From assembly GCA_002104905.1 (NCBI GenBank), contig MCFE01000384.1:19850-83849 (forward strand): a stretch of 64,000 nucleotides of DNA, given 5' to 3'. Shown here piece by piece: positions 1 to 12,880 of the stretch. The notes under the pieces were generated by a model that worked only from the letters and a program-made list of their open reading frames with translations, ran no database searches and was not told where the DNA came from. The stretch's first letter is position 1; each line of letters opens with the position of its first letter. The position numbers and the translations under genes were made by a program. Source of the stretch: Basidiobolus meristosporus CBS 931.73. Taxonomy: Eukaryota; Fungi; Basidiobolomycota.

Positions 1-296
1 CAAGATGAGATTATTTTTGTGCTGAATGAACTGCTTTCACTCCAGATGCAATCGGGAATATTGACCCAGGAGAATGAGCAGAGTACGAGTAGAGTGTGTC
101 GTTGACTGCAGACAGATACTAACCCGAAGCCACACTAATAGATCCCATCAAGCGCCTCGTCCTGAACAGCGACGCCGCCCATCTGTTTAATCTATATAGT
201 TCCTTGTGCAGGGCCCTGATGCCCAAACAAGATCCTGAGATCCTGGCGTTAATCAAGAGATGTCTAGAAAGGATTGGCGACTCGATCAGCATCTAG
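1..296 (+). CDS. 3' end of a MON2-like (Arf-GEF-related) gene, partial
   Basis: Frame 1 reads QDEIIFVLNELLSLQ; after a GTACGA...CTAATAG intron it reads DPIKRLVLNSDAAHLFNLYSSLCRAL...IKRCLERIGDSISI-TAG(294-296). The AHLFxLY helix resembles the MON2 C-terminus (recalled, not searched). Confidence 0.5.
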
Positions 297-572
297 AAAA
301 GAGTTAACCGAACCATTTTTGTTGACCCGCATGCATCCCACTCTATTTCCTCCCCCCCCCCTCTCATCGATCTTCCCGATAGACTCAGTTACAAGATTGA
401 GGACAGGAACCTTTCGTACCCTGAATCGGTAGCCTTTATACAAACCCACAAACCCACATTCCCATGAAGCTTATTAAAGGTTGATTTATTCAATGATTTA
501 GTTTGGAAGAGAGTAGGTGAGGAAATGGTGGGGAAATGGTGAGGAATAGGTGAGAGGAACAACTTGGTTTTT

Positions 573-2006
573 TTACATGGATGGCTTCAACAGCTGCTGC
601 CAAAATTGATCGGCGAGGAATTCGGTGGAACTGTCTCCCGGCAGGGATATGCTTAGGCTGTCCTCCAAAATCCCGGTGGGTGTGGCTGGGAAGAAGGGGC
701 CGGGATTATCCGGAATCATCTTCAGGGTTGGTGGAATTGATCGGATCGGGGCCGGAGACAACTCGCTTATCGAAGAGATGTTCGGGTTTTGTGAGGGCTG
801 TGCGTGTCTCAAGGGACGTGGAGGTAATTGTGGGGCGTATTTGGAACGGTAGATATCTACAATCCGTTGCAGATTGAGTTTCTGGTTATCCAAATGCTGC
901 GGGTTCAACCACGCCTACAACAACAAACGTTCATTTAATCACTGGTGGATGTCATCAATTCAGGACGTATTCAATACCAATTTCCAGGCGATCTCGTTGC
1001 AGCTCATCTGTTGCGCCACATGTGGATAGTCGGGCTTCACCAGACCACGCATGAAGACGGAGTTGCGTTGCTTGAAGCTGTCGTCGATATCTGCCACATC
1101 CACATCATCGATGTTGACATGAACTGGCCAGAGGGCACCCATATGATCGCGGTAAACCAAGGTATCGGAGTTGGGGGTATGCAATGGGCTGTCGGACGAC
1201 GTCGTGGACTCGCTGCTGGATATGGACGCGCGTGGCTTTCGCTTTCTTAGCGTACCGTTATTCAGCTTCTCCTGACGCGCGACCCTTCGTGAACGCAAAC
1301 TTGGATGTCTGTTTCGAAAGCTGTCGACTGCCCGCTGGATAAGCCCTCGCTTACCGCCAAGAAGCTCTTGATTTAAAAATGAAAGTCTCCATCCTAGCTC
1401 GTTGCATTCGGTCTCATAATGCCAACGGTTTCCATGATACTCCTCCTTAGAACAGAATGCGCGAGGGTACACCTAAAAGGGAACCGGGTGGGACAACGTT
1501 AGGTGGGGAGGTGCTTAAAAACAAGCATGTCAAGAGAAAGGAAAGGTATCAATACTAACACAGTTGTCAATCTTGAACTGGGGTTCGAGAGCCTCGATGT
1601 GGACGGAATCCACGTCGATTCGTATCTCGTGGCGCTGCATACGCTTTTTGTGAGCATACCAGAAACACAGCCACTCCACCTCATCCCTGAAGAACGTGCT
1701 TGGCTCATATAGGCTGGTGTTGTTTATTTGTTTTTTCGTAGAGAAACCATCGAGTGGGGGGCATATTTTAAGTTCGGGCTTTTCCCGTAGCTTGCAAACA
1801 CGTCCCCCGGAGTTGCGATATAGTGACTCGCGATTCTTCCTCGCTTTCCCGACTGTCTTCTCGATGGAAAGCAGCTGGTCTGTTGTTAGTTCTTCGAGTA
1901 TTTGGTCGCTACTGAACGAGGGGTCCAGTAGCTGGGCAAGAGTGATGTTGTGAAAGGTGGGCCGAGGCTGTATTAGCTGGGGTTTCTGTTGAAGAAGGTC
2001 ATCCAT
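573..2006 (-). CDS. Fungal conserved protein with two tandem copies of the 'RIDxxxV...CVYPRA...NRWxYExxCN...RGLIQRAVDSxR' domain (function unknown); paralogue of 28682-30013
   Basis: Exons 2006-1560, 1472-978 and 914-573, joined by GTTAGT..TTTAG (1559-1473) and GTATTG..TGTAG (977-915) introns. These restore DNC|VYPRAF and WKL|AWLNP. Confidence 0.85.
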
Positions 2007-2586
2007 TCTCCTTGGCAAAGGTCGATTCAGTACAGGTATGCTCCTTGTTTGGGCAAAGCGGATGGTACCGAGAGAAAGTGAAAGGTATTGAACAGAAAAT
2101 ACAAAAGGGGGAGCGGGAAATAGAATATACAAAAACTGGAAAAGGTTCAAGGAGGATAAAGGGAGTCCGACAAGCGCGGAACCGAAGTAGAGGGTTTAAA
2201 CGAAGAAGATGGCTATTCCCCGTGACGAGCCAAGGCTGATAAGCATTCAAGGGACGCGAGTGGGTCAGCAAAGCTTAAGGGATTATTCCATAAAATGATA
2301 TAACCATCAACTGGCTGATATCATTGGTCATGAACCCTGAATGCACCAACACCAGAGCCAATTGAAGATTAATGCACAACAAATAAATGCCAAAGTTAGG
2401 TGATTCAATGATGTATATACTTTGGTCTACACGACTGAACATCTCGCTGTCCGAAATTTCCATCCGAGCTCTCCACATCGGTTTATTTCCTTTTCTGTGC
2501 TTTGGTAAATACACGGCATCTACGTGACAGGCCAAAGCTGTATTCGCGTTGATGATGATTCCAATGGAGACAAACTTCAGCGAAGA

Positions 2587-2670
2587 GGGACCCAAACCCA
2601 AGATGAGACTCGGCAATGCGGGACCCAAACCCAAGATGAGACTCGGCAATGCGGGACCCAAACCCAAGAT
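2587..2670. repeat. 33-bp tandem repeat, about 2.6 copies (GGGACCCAAACCCAAGATGAGACTCGGCAATGC)
   Basis: Direct repeat seen in the sequence; the third copy diverges after CCCAAGAT. Confidence 0.9.
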
Positions 2671-2942
2671 AAAATTAGGCAAAGCGAAGGAGTCACTTCA
2701 CGAACCGATACAGGGGTGTGTTTGCAGATTGGTCGAGCGATGATATAATTATATCAGCGTTGGATGGAGATGGCCACCAAATATGCATTTATTGTGGGTG
2801 GTGGATGCCTGATGTATTAATACAACAATGCTGCTTAACCTCAACCTCAACCGTGAGTTTAGCTGATCCAACCACCCATCGCCATATGAGCGTATTTCGA
2901 GTAGGCGCAGGACTCAAAGCGTATTGAATACATCGAACAAAC

Positions 2943-3035
2943 ACATCAAGGGTATAGAACTCCATGGGCAAAGACCGATGAACATGCACATCAAGAGTAC
3001 AGGAATTCCATGGGCAAAGACCGATAAACTCGCAC
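2943..3035. repeat. Degenerate 45/46-bp tandem duplication
   Basis: ACATCAAG...CCATGGGCAAAGACCGAT occurs at 2943 and again at 2988. Confidence 0.8.
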
Positions 3036-3223
3036 TCACATAATATAAAAATTAAAGGAAAAGCAACAATATACATGTACTGGCTCTATATATATGTATA
3101 TATATGGGGAACTGTGTTTCATTCATATGAATATAAGCTAGCTACTGAGACAAATAGAGTAATACCAATGATAACATATGAATGAAACCCAACGCGTCTA
3201 GGTTTTCCATGAATTGTTTCATG

Positions 3224-4909
3224 TCAATTGTTGGACTCCTTCTTACCTACAACTGGTGATTTGTCACTCATATGTAGTATGGCCGAATGGGGTGCAGGCG
3301 AGCCTTCCTGCTTGATGACGATTGAGCTTCCACCTTCGTTCATGTCGTTACCTGAATTTTGAGGGTTGGGTGAGGCCTTGCCTAATGGTTGCATGGATGA
3401 AAAACTGGGGGTGGAAAGGCTCGACATAGTACTGATCGTAGGTTGCATAGGCATACCGTTAGGGGGGTTGAAATTCCCGTTAACTCCAACGATTCGATTC
3501 TGTACATTACGAAGCGCTTCCGCGTATTTCTGCAACGATTCTAGTATTTAGGTGATAAGTATACAGCTAATCAGGGGCTTGAGCCAATGGTCAAACTTAC
3601 GGATGGCCCCAGTGTTGAACTCTAAGCTGTACGAGATCAGATCTCGCATGTGAAATATAACCTCGGATATCTAGCATCAATTGATTATTGTTGAGCACCT
3701 TTGGGATTGATGGCATTAGCACGGTGTAGGAATACCTCCAAGCATCTCATCGTCTTGATGGGCACACCATATTCGTTAACACATGAGGGAGGAAGGTCAA
3801 ATAAATCGCCTTCGCCGCCGCTGCTCTTCATTTTCGGCTTGCCGTTTGTGTCTTTAGCGTCACCCGATTGTTGGGCTAGACTTAATAAGAAGCTTCGGGA
3901 AAGATATTCGTTGTGATGGCTGCTATGAAATTCCATCAATTCGATCTTGAGTTGTGCATTGAAGGTCACTCGGAGCATCCCGCTCGCGGTAACCTTGATT
4001 TGAATTAGCAAAGCTGAAGACTCTACTTGGCCATAATGCCACTTACTTGCACGTCGTTGTTGAAATGATAGATGAAATTCGCTCGTGTGCATTCGACAAC
4101 ATGTGACTCGTTTGGAAGTACATATTCTTGCGGATTCTCTAGCGTGAGGTGCATTTCGGTGACGCCAGATTCAAAATTTATCATGTAAAACCTCGGCAAC
4201 AAAGCAGTGTTCAATTCTGGTATGCGATATGTCGTCAGTGTCCATTGCGTGGTTCTTACTTCCCGAACTATACATACCAAACACCCGTACATCTTTGAAC
4301 TGCGAATTGCGGACAGAGTATTTCATCGTTCCCGACTCTGAATAAAATTCTGTGGTGAATTTTCGCCAATGCTCAATGTCAAATTTGCTCGCCTGTCACA
4401 TAGAAGCCCCATGTCAGTCCTAACGTTATGTGCGTCAATAGAAAGGTTAATACCTCTGATGTTGGTGACAAATGCTCTCCGTATTGGACCAATCGGTAAA
4501 CCGCTGCGCCAGGGACTGCTGGTCTAGTTTATGTTACAATGCCTGATGAGTATTCCATTTTTACAAGAAAGCAGACTAGAACTCACGTGGCTTGAGCACC
4601 ATTGGGCAGTGTGAGATTAACGGGGACAGAAGAAGCCCGTGCAGCGTTGGTCACAACAGGCGAAGGAACAGAAGATGGTACATTGGATATCTGTGAGGGT
4701 TGTTGTGGCTGCTGTGATTGCGGCATTCCTTGAGGTAGAGGCTGGCCATTGGGCAAAGATGGATTTCCACCAAGACCTTGCATGAATTGAGGGGCCATTT
4801 GAGGCTGAACCGCTTGCCCGTTCCGCATGGCGGCCTGTTGCAGTAATTGTCTTTGTCGCAGCATCTGCAGTTGTGCTTGGTTGGGTACGAATTGAGTGGT
4901 GGTAGACAT
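3224..4909 (-). CDS. LIM-domain-binding / SEUSS-like transcriptional co-regulator (Mfg1/Adn1 type), multi-exon
   Basis: Q/P-rich N-terminus; ORF pieces ..LLPRFYMINFESGVTEMHLTLENPQE..VECTRANFIYHF.. and FDLPPSCVNEYGVPIKTMRCLEV typical of the LIM_bind domain. Exon limits are approximate. Confidence 0.8.
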
Positions 4910-5832
4910 GTTGTAGATTCGGAATGGATCCGTTCGTGAGGTAAGTTAACAATGGGATATAGTGTCTATATCTTTAGAGATCGTCAATCTTTCAAGACTA
5001 CTCCAGAGAAAGTAAGACAAAAAAGGATCAAACTATGTGAGGAAACAAATGAACAAAAAACAGCTTGGGGGAGCAATAACACGGACAACAACACGGACAA
5101 TAACACGGATATATGACAAGAGGAAGGTACGAAAAATTGAAGGTGAGTTTGGTGAAACGCTTTATCAAACAAGGATAGCCAAAAGGGATGTGGTAAAAAA
5201 GGTAAAGCTTGAACGGCCAGAAATCATGAGAATTTCGAGGGCATTTACTGAGCTGACTCTACTTTGGGTATAGAATGGGTGTCACCTGGGCTTCTCAAAT
5301 CAAACCCCTGCACACGATTGGCTGCGAAATCGGCCTAGGATTCATTGGACAAAAACGACCGCGTTGGCCTGTAAACCTGGTTGATGTTCAACATACCAAA
5401 TATATTAATGAGATTTGCTCCGCTGCAAACACCATCCATCGGCCAGCTATTCATCCTGATTACCACCCACCGCCTAACTCTTTGTATCGGCGCTCAAATT
5501 CATCCGATTACCCAGTAAATCCACATCCTGTTGGCAACCCAAAAGCACAGTCCCACTTTTCCGTAGCACTTGGTAGATTCTCGATAATCACGAACAATTT
5601 GATATTTTCCACATACTATCGATATTTCTTTATAGCTAGGACTATAGAAGTTCTTCTTAGAGATGAGTTGCCTCAAACAGCTTTCCAAAACACACCTGTG
5701 GAGAAAAGCGTGTAAAGATCCTTACTAGCATTCTATGTTATTTGTCTGAGCACTAAGTGATACATCCGATTTTTAGCCTCTATCTGCTGCAAAAAAGTTC
5801 TTACGAGACCTGTGACAGTTCTAGCTTTTGGA

Positions 5833-7167
5833 ATGGGTATTGATGGCAATAGCGCAGCCGAGGAGGCTAACGTAAAAGGTGTTTCCGAACCGGAGTTTGT
5901 GTACACCACTCGGAATCGGGAGCATCATCTTCCCAATGGCGGCTTTCAAAACCCCTGGAAGTCGTTTACGAATCACGGCTTTTGTGACATGTTTGCACTT
6001 CTAAAGGACTACGACCGACAGAGATGTGCCATTCCGCCTAAAGAGAAGCTGGTTCCCGTTTTAACCCCCGACTTTGAACTTCTAAACAAACCGGAAGGGA
6101 AGGACTTTCAATTGACCTGGCTTGGCCATGCCTGCTTTTTATTGCAAGTTGATGGTATCAATATATTGTTCGACCCAGTCTTTTCGGACAGGTATTCCTC
6201 CAGCATTTTCCTATTTGTATATAGTTTGCTAAGGTTGGCGACTTCTTAGGTGCTCTCCTTTCCAGTTCGTTGGGCCAAAGCGATACACTCCACCACCATG
6301 TAAGATCGAGGAGCTTCCCAAAATTGATATAGTTGTGATAAGTCATAACCAGTAAGCTGCAGACCATATGAATCTAGTTAGAGTGCCAGGCTAACCTTCA
6401 ACAAAGCTACGATCACTTGGATTACAACACAGTTAAGGCTCTGGGGGATGGCCCTCGCTATTTCGTACCGCTGGGCAACAAGAAATGGTTCGAGTCGGTT
6501 GGAATCCGCAATGTTGTCGAGTGCGATTGGTGGGATGAGACTGAAGTGTCGCTGGAGGGAGCAAGAGATGTCAAGATTGTCTGTACTCCCTGCCAGCATT
6601 TTACAGGTAAAGAAAGCGGCTTTATGGATTGATGCTGTATTGCTAACTCGATGCGTGTAGGTCGTGGTGTACATGATCGATTCCAAACACTCTGGGCTAG
6701 TTGGTGTGTAATTACCAAAGACGAGGGCAAGTTCTACTTTGCAGGGTAAGCGGGTTGGTTCGACCCCCTCCTTTCCATCCAGATACTCAACTAGGCTTCG
6801 TAGTGACACGGGTTACCGGTCAGTTCCCAAAACCAAAGACGAAGACTCTGTGCCCTATTGCCCAGCCTTCTTGGAGATTGGTCACAAATATGGACCATTT
6901 GATCTTGCTTGTATTCCAATTGGTGCATACTCTCCACGTTGGTTCATGTCCCCTATTCACTGCTCGCCGGAGGATGCGGTCAGAGTTCACGAGGACATCC
7001 GGTCAAAGAAATCGGTGGGTATGCATTGGGCCACCTGGGTATTAACTGACGAAGACGTTACCGAACCTCCCCGTCGATTGAAACAAGAGCTCCAAAACCG
7101 TAAGCATAATGAGGAGGACTTCATCACCATCGAAATTGGTCGTACTATTCATGTACCAAAGCAATAG
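5833..7167 (+). CDS. N-acyl-phosphatidylethanolamine phospholipase D (metallo-beta-lactamase fold), multi-exon
   Basis: [21 protein letters not shown], an intron-split SHNH|YDH metal motif, [36 protein letters not shown]. Start codon uncertain. Confidence 0.9.
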
Positions 7168-7255
7168 TGCAAAGATTCGAGGATCGAGGATTTGATGATA
7201 TGAGACTTTTAATTGGTAAATAAACTCTTGTCTTCCATGCCGTGTGTAATGCAAT

Positions 7256-8593
7256 TTAGAGACTGGCCTTCCGGGTGATGGCTGTGGCGGCTCTGGAGCT
7301 GTTGGAGCGACTTAAATAGGTAGAGATGAAGTTTCCTACTTCTATCAACTTGTTCAAGTCGATGCCAGTTTCAACCCCAAGCCCGTGAAGCATATACACT
7401 ACATCTTCGGTGGCCACATTACCTGTAGCTCCCTTAGCATAGGGGCATCCACCAAGACCAGCTGAAGAGCTATCAACAACACGCACGCCAAACTAATGAC
7501 AAATAGTCAGCATCCACATATAGGCGCCGGATATGACGAGGGGTGGGCAGTTACCTGAAGAGCGGCCAAGATGTTTGCCAGTGCTTGTCCATAAGTATCA
7601 TGGCAGTGGACTGCTAGTTTTTCTACAGGAACCTCCTTGGCAACTGCTTCGAGCATCTTCAGGGTTGAGGCTGATGATAATTCAGGATTAGATAACGCTT
7701 ACAACTTGGGTGAAACTAGAGTTCGAGTATTAACCTGGGTTCCCAACTCCAATGGTATCACCCAAGGAGATTTCATAGCAGCCCATATCGTAAAGCTTTC
7801 TGGAGACGTCGGCAACAACTCTAGGGTCGACATCACCCTCATATGGGCATCCAACAACACAGGAAACGTAGCTGTTCGTATAACGGCGGTTGTTAGTGAC
7901 TTGAGACCATCAGAGATCTGGTTAGTTTTGCTAATTTACCCTCTAATGCGGATGTTGTTTTCTTTAGCCTTGTCTACCACCGCACGAAAGCGTTCAAGAC
8001 TTTCATCAATGGTGCAGTTGATATTTCTCTTACTAAATGCTTCTGAGGCAGCACCAAAGATAGCAATCTCTTCGACGTTGCAAGATAGAGCCGCTTCCAA
8101 ACCCTTGACATTTGGTGCCAAGACAGGATATGAGACACCGTTCTTACGGCTGATTTTGCTCATCACCTCAGCTGCGTCTCGCATCTACTTAACTTGAATA
8201 AACAAGGGGGCCTGGAGGTGCACTTTTAAGGTCTTACCTGAGGAACGGCTTTGGGTGAGACGAAAGAAGTAGCCTCCACTACTTTAATACCAGTCTCAGA
8301 GAGTTTGTTGATAAACTCAATTTTTGTATCGGTAGGCACGAAGGTTTTTTCATTTTGTAGGCCGTCTCTTGGTCCAACTTCCACGATTTTCACTTTCTGT
8401 CCGCGAAGCTAGAGTAACAGTGTTCTTAGCCTTTCAGAAATTCAACTTTACCGTTGAAGTCTCTTTTACTTACCTGAACCAGACTGTTGTTTAAGACGGG
8501 CGATACCACCGAAACAAAGCCTCGGTTTACTCTACTTGTCAATAGAGAGGGAGTGTTTCTTAGCAGTGCAATAGAGTTTCTGAGTCCTGGCAT
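7256..8593 (-). CDS. HMGCL: Hydroxymethylglutaryl-CoA lyase, mitochondrial, multi-exon
   Basis: [14 protein letters not shown] (about 8390-8350), [33 protein letters not shown]; Arg/Ser-rich presequence [11 protein letters not shown]. Confidence 0.93.
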
Positions 8594-8823
8594 GTTGGCT
8601 AATAAAGGCGCTAGAGGGCTTAGCGATTTCTGGTCAACGTGCTTTATCAATAAAGTACTCCAAATTTGATAACCGGTCATGCCACCGTGAGAATGTTCAG
8701 AGTTCATGCAGATTTTGATTGGTTAGTTTCGTATCTCTTGGGATCACCAGACCAGGAAGTGATAATTTGATATGTTTATGTTGATGTATTACACTCAATT
8801 AACCCTTCACAGAACAATCTTAC

Positions 8824-9465
8824 ATGAGTAGCGTAGCTTTTGTGACCGTGGGCTCTACTGGGTTTGATAATTTAATAGCAGAAGTATCAAAAGTCGAGTT
8901 CACACAGGAATTAGAGAATCTGGGATACTCCACACTGTTAGTCCAATATGGAAGCAGTTCACACGCCTTCACCAAACCACTCTCCAATAGTAACGTAACG
9001 GTTTATGGGTTTGACTACAAATCTTCCCTTCTTCCTGATTTAGAAAAAGCCCAGTTGGTGATCAGCCATGCAGGTAAGCTTTGGATTGTTTTGAAGTAAA
9101 AGAGCAACAAGAGAAGGCTACTGACGCTATATGCTTTTGTAGGTTCAGGTTCTATAATTGAAGCTCTAAGATTGGGCAAGCCTTTAATAGTTGTGGTGAA
9201 CGATACGCTTATGAATAACCATCAACTTGAATTGGCAAGCAAATTAGACTCAGAAGGATATTTGGTTTACACGACTGCTAGGTAAGCAATATTACCAGTG
9301 AATCGAGGAGTAACGGGTACCCTCTTACCTCTCTACTCTACTCTACCTACTAGCGAGCTTTTAACTTGTCTACGCTCTTGCAAACACAAGAAGCTTAAAC
9401 CGTTTCCCAAACCGAATAGTAGCATCTTTGCTCGACTGATAGATGCCGAAATGGGCTTCAGTTAA
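8824..9465 (+). CDS. ALG13: UDP-GlcNAc transferase subunit Alg13
   Basis: [17 protein letters not shown]|[23 protein letters not shown]; two introns. Confidence 0.92.
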
Positions 9466-9626
9466 CTGGCCTTCAAAGTAGTTTTAGGAAAGATTAACTG
9501 ACACATTGTCTATAGAATAAATACGCCTTGTAGCTGTGTAAAGCATCAGGGTTGTTGACATATTGTTGATGGTAGTTAATTTCCGACAGATATATATTAA
9601 CAGCGATTACACCGTTTAATCCTTTC

Positions 9627-10382
9627 ATGATGCACATCCTTCATAAAACATTCATGCTCTGGCTAGCTCTGGATGCAGCAGCCGCTTACCCAAATCTTGA
9701 TAAACGCCAGGCACCATCCGGCACTAACCTTATACAATGCTCTCCTGGACGAGTTGCAGTTACGTTCGATGATGGACCTTCCCAATTTACTCCCACTTTG
9801 CTAGACACACTTTCGCGGTATGGAGTCAAAGTAACCTTTTTCATTGTGGGTTCAAGTATGTCGATAACTTCTCTCTAGCGTTGCTAAAAACTGACCTCGC
9901 CTGCTATAGTGATTGAGGACAACACGCAAGTCCTACTCCGTGCTTATAGTGAGGGGCATCAGATCGGGCTGCATACTTGGTCTCACGCAAACCTCAATTC
10001 ACTTTCAGAATCCAGCATACGTCAGGAAATGGAGGAAACGTCCGATGCCGTGGCTAGAGTGATTGGTAGAAGGCCTCGCTACATGCGTTGCCCTTACGAG
10101 GCATGCAATGAGCGAGTGCTGAAGATTCTGGCAGAGATGGATTATCAACCTGTAGGGTGGAGTCTAGATACAGACGACTGGCGCACCTTAAGCTCCGACC
10201 ATACCATCAAAGCCTACGAGAATACACTGAATGACAAAAGTGAGGGATTCATATCTTTGCAACACGACATATACCAGAGTACGGTCGAGGCGGCCCCGAG
10301 GATCATCGAGACCATTAGAGCTCGGGGATTTGAAACGAGTATTGTTGCTGACTGTCTGAATGATCAGCGATTATACTTCTGA
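9627..10382 (+). CDS. Secreted CE4 polysaccharide (chitin) deacetylase, copy 1
   Basis: Signal peptide plus KR; motifs TFDDGP, HTWSH, RCPY, DTDDW, LQHD; one intron at about 9857-9910. Confidence 0.92.
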
Positions 10383-10494
10383 ATAGCATTGCGTTACCCT
10401 GAAACACACATTCCATCGAATGGTACATGAAACACATTAGTTATTCCATTTATTAGTACATATAGTATTGATTACTAAATAAACAACCAAGATT

Positions 10495-11269
10495 CTAGAA
10501 GTATAGTTCAGAGTCTCCAAGGCACTCGGCCATGTCAACAGGCTTAAAGCCATATCTTTTGATCACATCGATCGACTCGGCAATGGCTTCGATGGTGCTT
10601 GCATGAATATCATGCTGCAGAGAAATAAAACTTTCGCTACTAGCATCCGCCTTAGAGAGAGCAGCTCGGTAAGCGTCCACCGTCTTTGTCGCGTTCTTTG
10701 TCTGCCAGTCACTGGTATCTAGGTTCCAATGAATCAATTTGAGCTTTTTGGCTCCCAATATATCCAACGTATCACCAGTACAGGCGCCGTAAGGACAACG
10801 GAAATACTGGGGCTTCTTTCCGATGGCATTTTCAATGGCTATGGCCGCTTTATCTACCTCGTCTTCGATTTCTGAAGCTTGGAGTGTGTCTAGGTTGGCA
10901 TGGGTATGGGTATGGGATCCAATATGGTGTCCGTCATTTAATGCCTTTAGGACTACTTCCGGATTCTGTTCCACCACTAGTATTGATCGCATTAGCAGCC
11001 TTGGTGAGACCTGGATTGTTATCATGCAACTTACTTGTTCCTACTACAAAGAATGTTGCGCTTACGCCTGCGACCTTTAAGACCTTTAGTAGCTCTTCAG
11101 TAAGCACAGAAGCGGGCCCATCGTCAAACGTTAAAGCCACCATGCCATTACTAGCGCATTTTTCGTATCTAATGCCTGGTTGAACATCTCGCTTGAGCAG
11201 TGGATGAGACTCGACACTCATGAAGGTAAAAAGCAGAAAAGAGAGAGAAATCGGGATCTTGAAAAGCAT
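10495..11269 (-). CDS. Secreted CE4 polysaccharide (chitin) deacetylase, copy 2
   Basis: Signal peptide plus KR; motifs TFDDGP, HTHTH, RCPY, DTSDW, LQHD; one intron at the same position as in copy 1. Confidence 0.92.
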
Positions 11270-11534
11270 CCTGTTGTCGAGAAGTAAGGCAAGTTATTTG
11301 ATAACGTATGTGATGGACGCCTCGAGGATTATATACGTGCGATTTTCTCTCCACTGCTATGTAATGCTATAGGGGTACATGGCACTAAGAAACTTCCCGA
11401 ATATCTGAAGGGGCTATGCTTTCACCCTCTTGATGCATATTCCTGAAGGGGTTGCAAGCAGTACTATTTCTATGCACCCTCCCCACGAAGAATATATACA
11501 TACATAATATACAGCAATCGATTTTGTTTATTGA

Positions 11535-12551
11535 TCATGGTTTCAACAGTAGCTTTCCAGTTGTTTTTCTACCCTCCAAGTCCTGGTGAGCCTGGGCGGC
11601 ATTCTCAAGTGGATAAGTCTTGAATATCTTGATGTCAAGTTTTTTAGCACCGATCAAATCAAATAACTCCTTCACCAGGGGTTGGAATTCTTCTTTGGTG
11701 ACAATGTAATTATAAAGAGTTGGTCTAAGAAGTAAGTAATTGCCTGCACTGAGCCTGGTGATGTCGAGGTTATCTACTTTCCCAGAAGCATTACCGTAAG
11801 AGACCAGAGTGCCACATCTACGCAATGAAGCTAAGCTAATGTCGAATGTCTGCTTTCCGACACCATCGAATACGGCGTGTACTCCCTCGCCATTGGTCAG
11901 CTTCTTCACCTCGGCAACAACATCCTCCTGTGCGTAGTTAATCACATGATCAGCACCCGCCTTGCGCGCGATCTCAGCTTTCTCGGGGGTAGAAGTAGTT
12001 CCGATAACCTTGGCGCCAAAATGTTTACACAATTGAGTGAATAGAAGCCCTGCACCGCCAGCTGCAGCATGAACCAAGATCCAGTCATTAGGCTTAACCT
12101 TGTAGGCCTCCTTTACAAAGGACAATGCAGTCAAGCCTTGGAGGAGAGCTGCAGCACCGAGGTCAAAGTCAACACTGTCTGGCAGCTTCGCAGCTTTGTC
12201 TTCAGTGGAGACTCCATACTCCGCATAGCCCGCTGAGGTAAGATAGGCCACTCTATCACCCACTTTGAAATCAGCCACTCCCTCACCGATAGCCTCAACA
12301 ACACCAGCACCCTCTCTGCCCAGGATAAGCGGCAATGGGAGGGCATAAAGTCCAGTTCTGTGATAGGTATCAATGTAGTTAACACCAATGGCGTGATTCT
12401 TGACAAGAATCTCGCTCTTTGCGGGTTTAGGTATGGGGACGTCAGTATATTTCAAGACTTCAATGCCACCTGTTTTCTCGATTTGAATTGCTTTCATAGA
12501 CATTTTTAAGTGGGAAAGGGTTGTTAGAGTTCTTCGAATTACGTTTGCCAT
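11535..12551 (-). CDS. NADPH:quinone oxidoreductase (zeta-crystallin/Zta1/Qor family), intronless
   Basis: 338-aa ORF with GVNYIDTYHRTGLY, AAAGGAG nucleotide-binding loop and TTGKLLL C-terminus. Confidence 0.93.
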   Translation of the reverse strand: MANVIRRTLTTLSHLKMSMKAIQIEKTGGIEVLKYTDVPIPKPAKSEILVKNHAIGVNYIDTYHRTGLYALPLPLILGREGAGVVEAIGEGVADFKVGDRVAYLTSAGYAEYGVSTEDKAAKLPDSVDFDLGAAALLQGLTALSFVKEAYKVKPNDWILVHAAAGGAGLLFTQLCKHFGAKVIGTTSTPEKAEIARKAGADHVINYAQEDVVAEVKKLTNGEGVHAVFDGVGKQTFDISLASLRRCGTLVSYGNASGKVDNLDITRLSAGNYLLLRPTLYNYIVTKEEFQPLVKELFDLIGAKKLDIKIFKTYPLENAAQAHQDLEGRKTTGKLLLKP

Positions 12552-12880
12552 TTTATATTCGAGCGAGCGATGCTGCCAATTTTATAGCAATACAATTACT
12601 AAGCCTCAGATTGTGTCATCATTGATTGAGCGCTGGGAGGACATTGGTTTACCCGCAATTCACGCGACCATGCTAGAATGGTGTGATTAAATTAGTAATT
12701 ATCTAATCGACATGCACCTCAATTTTGATTAACTTACCGATCGTGAACAAGATTGATCCAAATGATGATTGTAGAAGTTTTTATGAAGAAAAAAAAGAAA
12801 AATATTCACTGGCTTCGAGAGGGAAGAATAAGTATAGCAGGAGGTGTGAGAGTTCTCCCAGCAATAGACATCACAGCAAC

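Noticed and set aside
573-2006. Calling the tandem-domain genes VHR1
   Set aside because: The sequence does not match my recollection of the Vhr1 DNA-binding domain; left unnamed.
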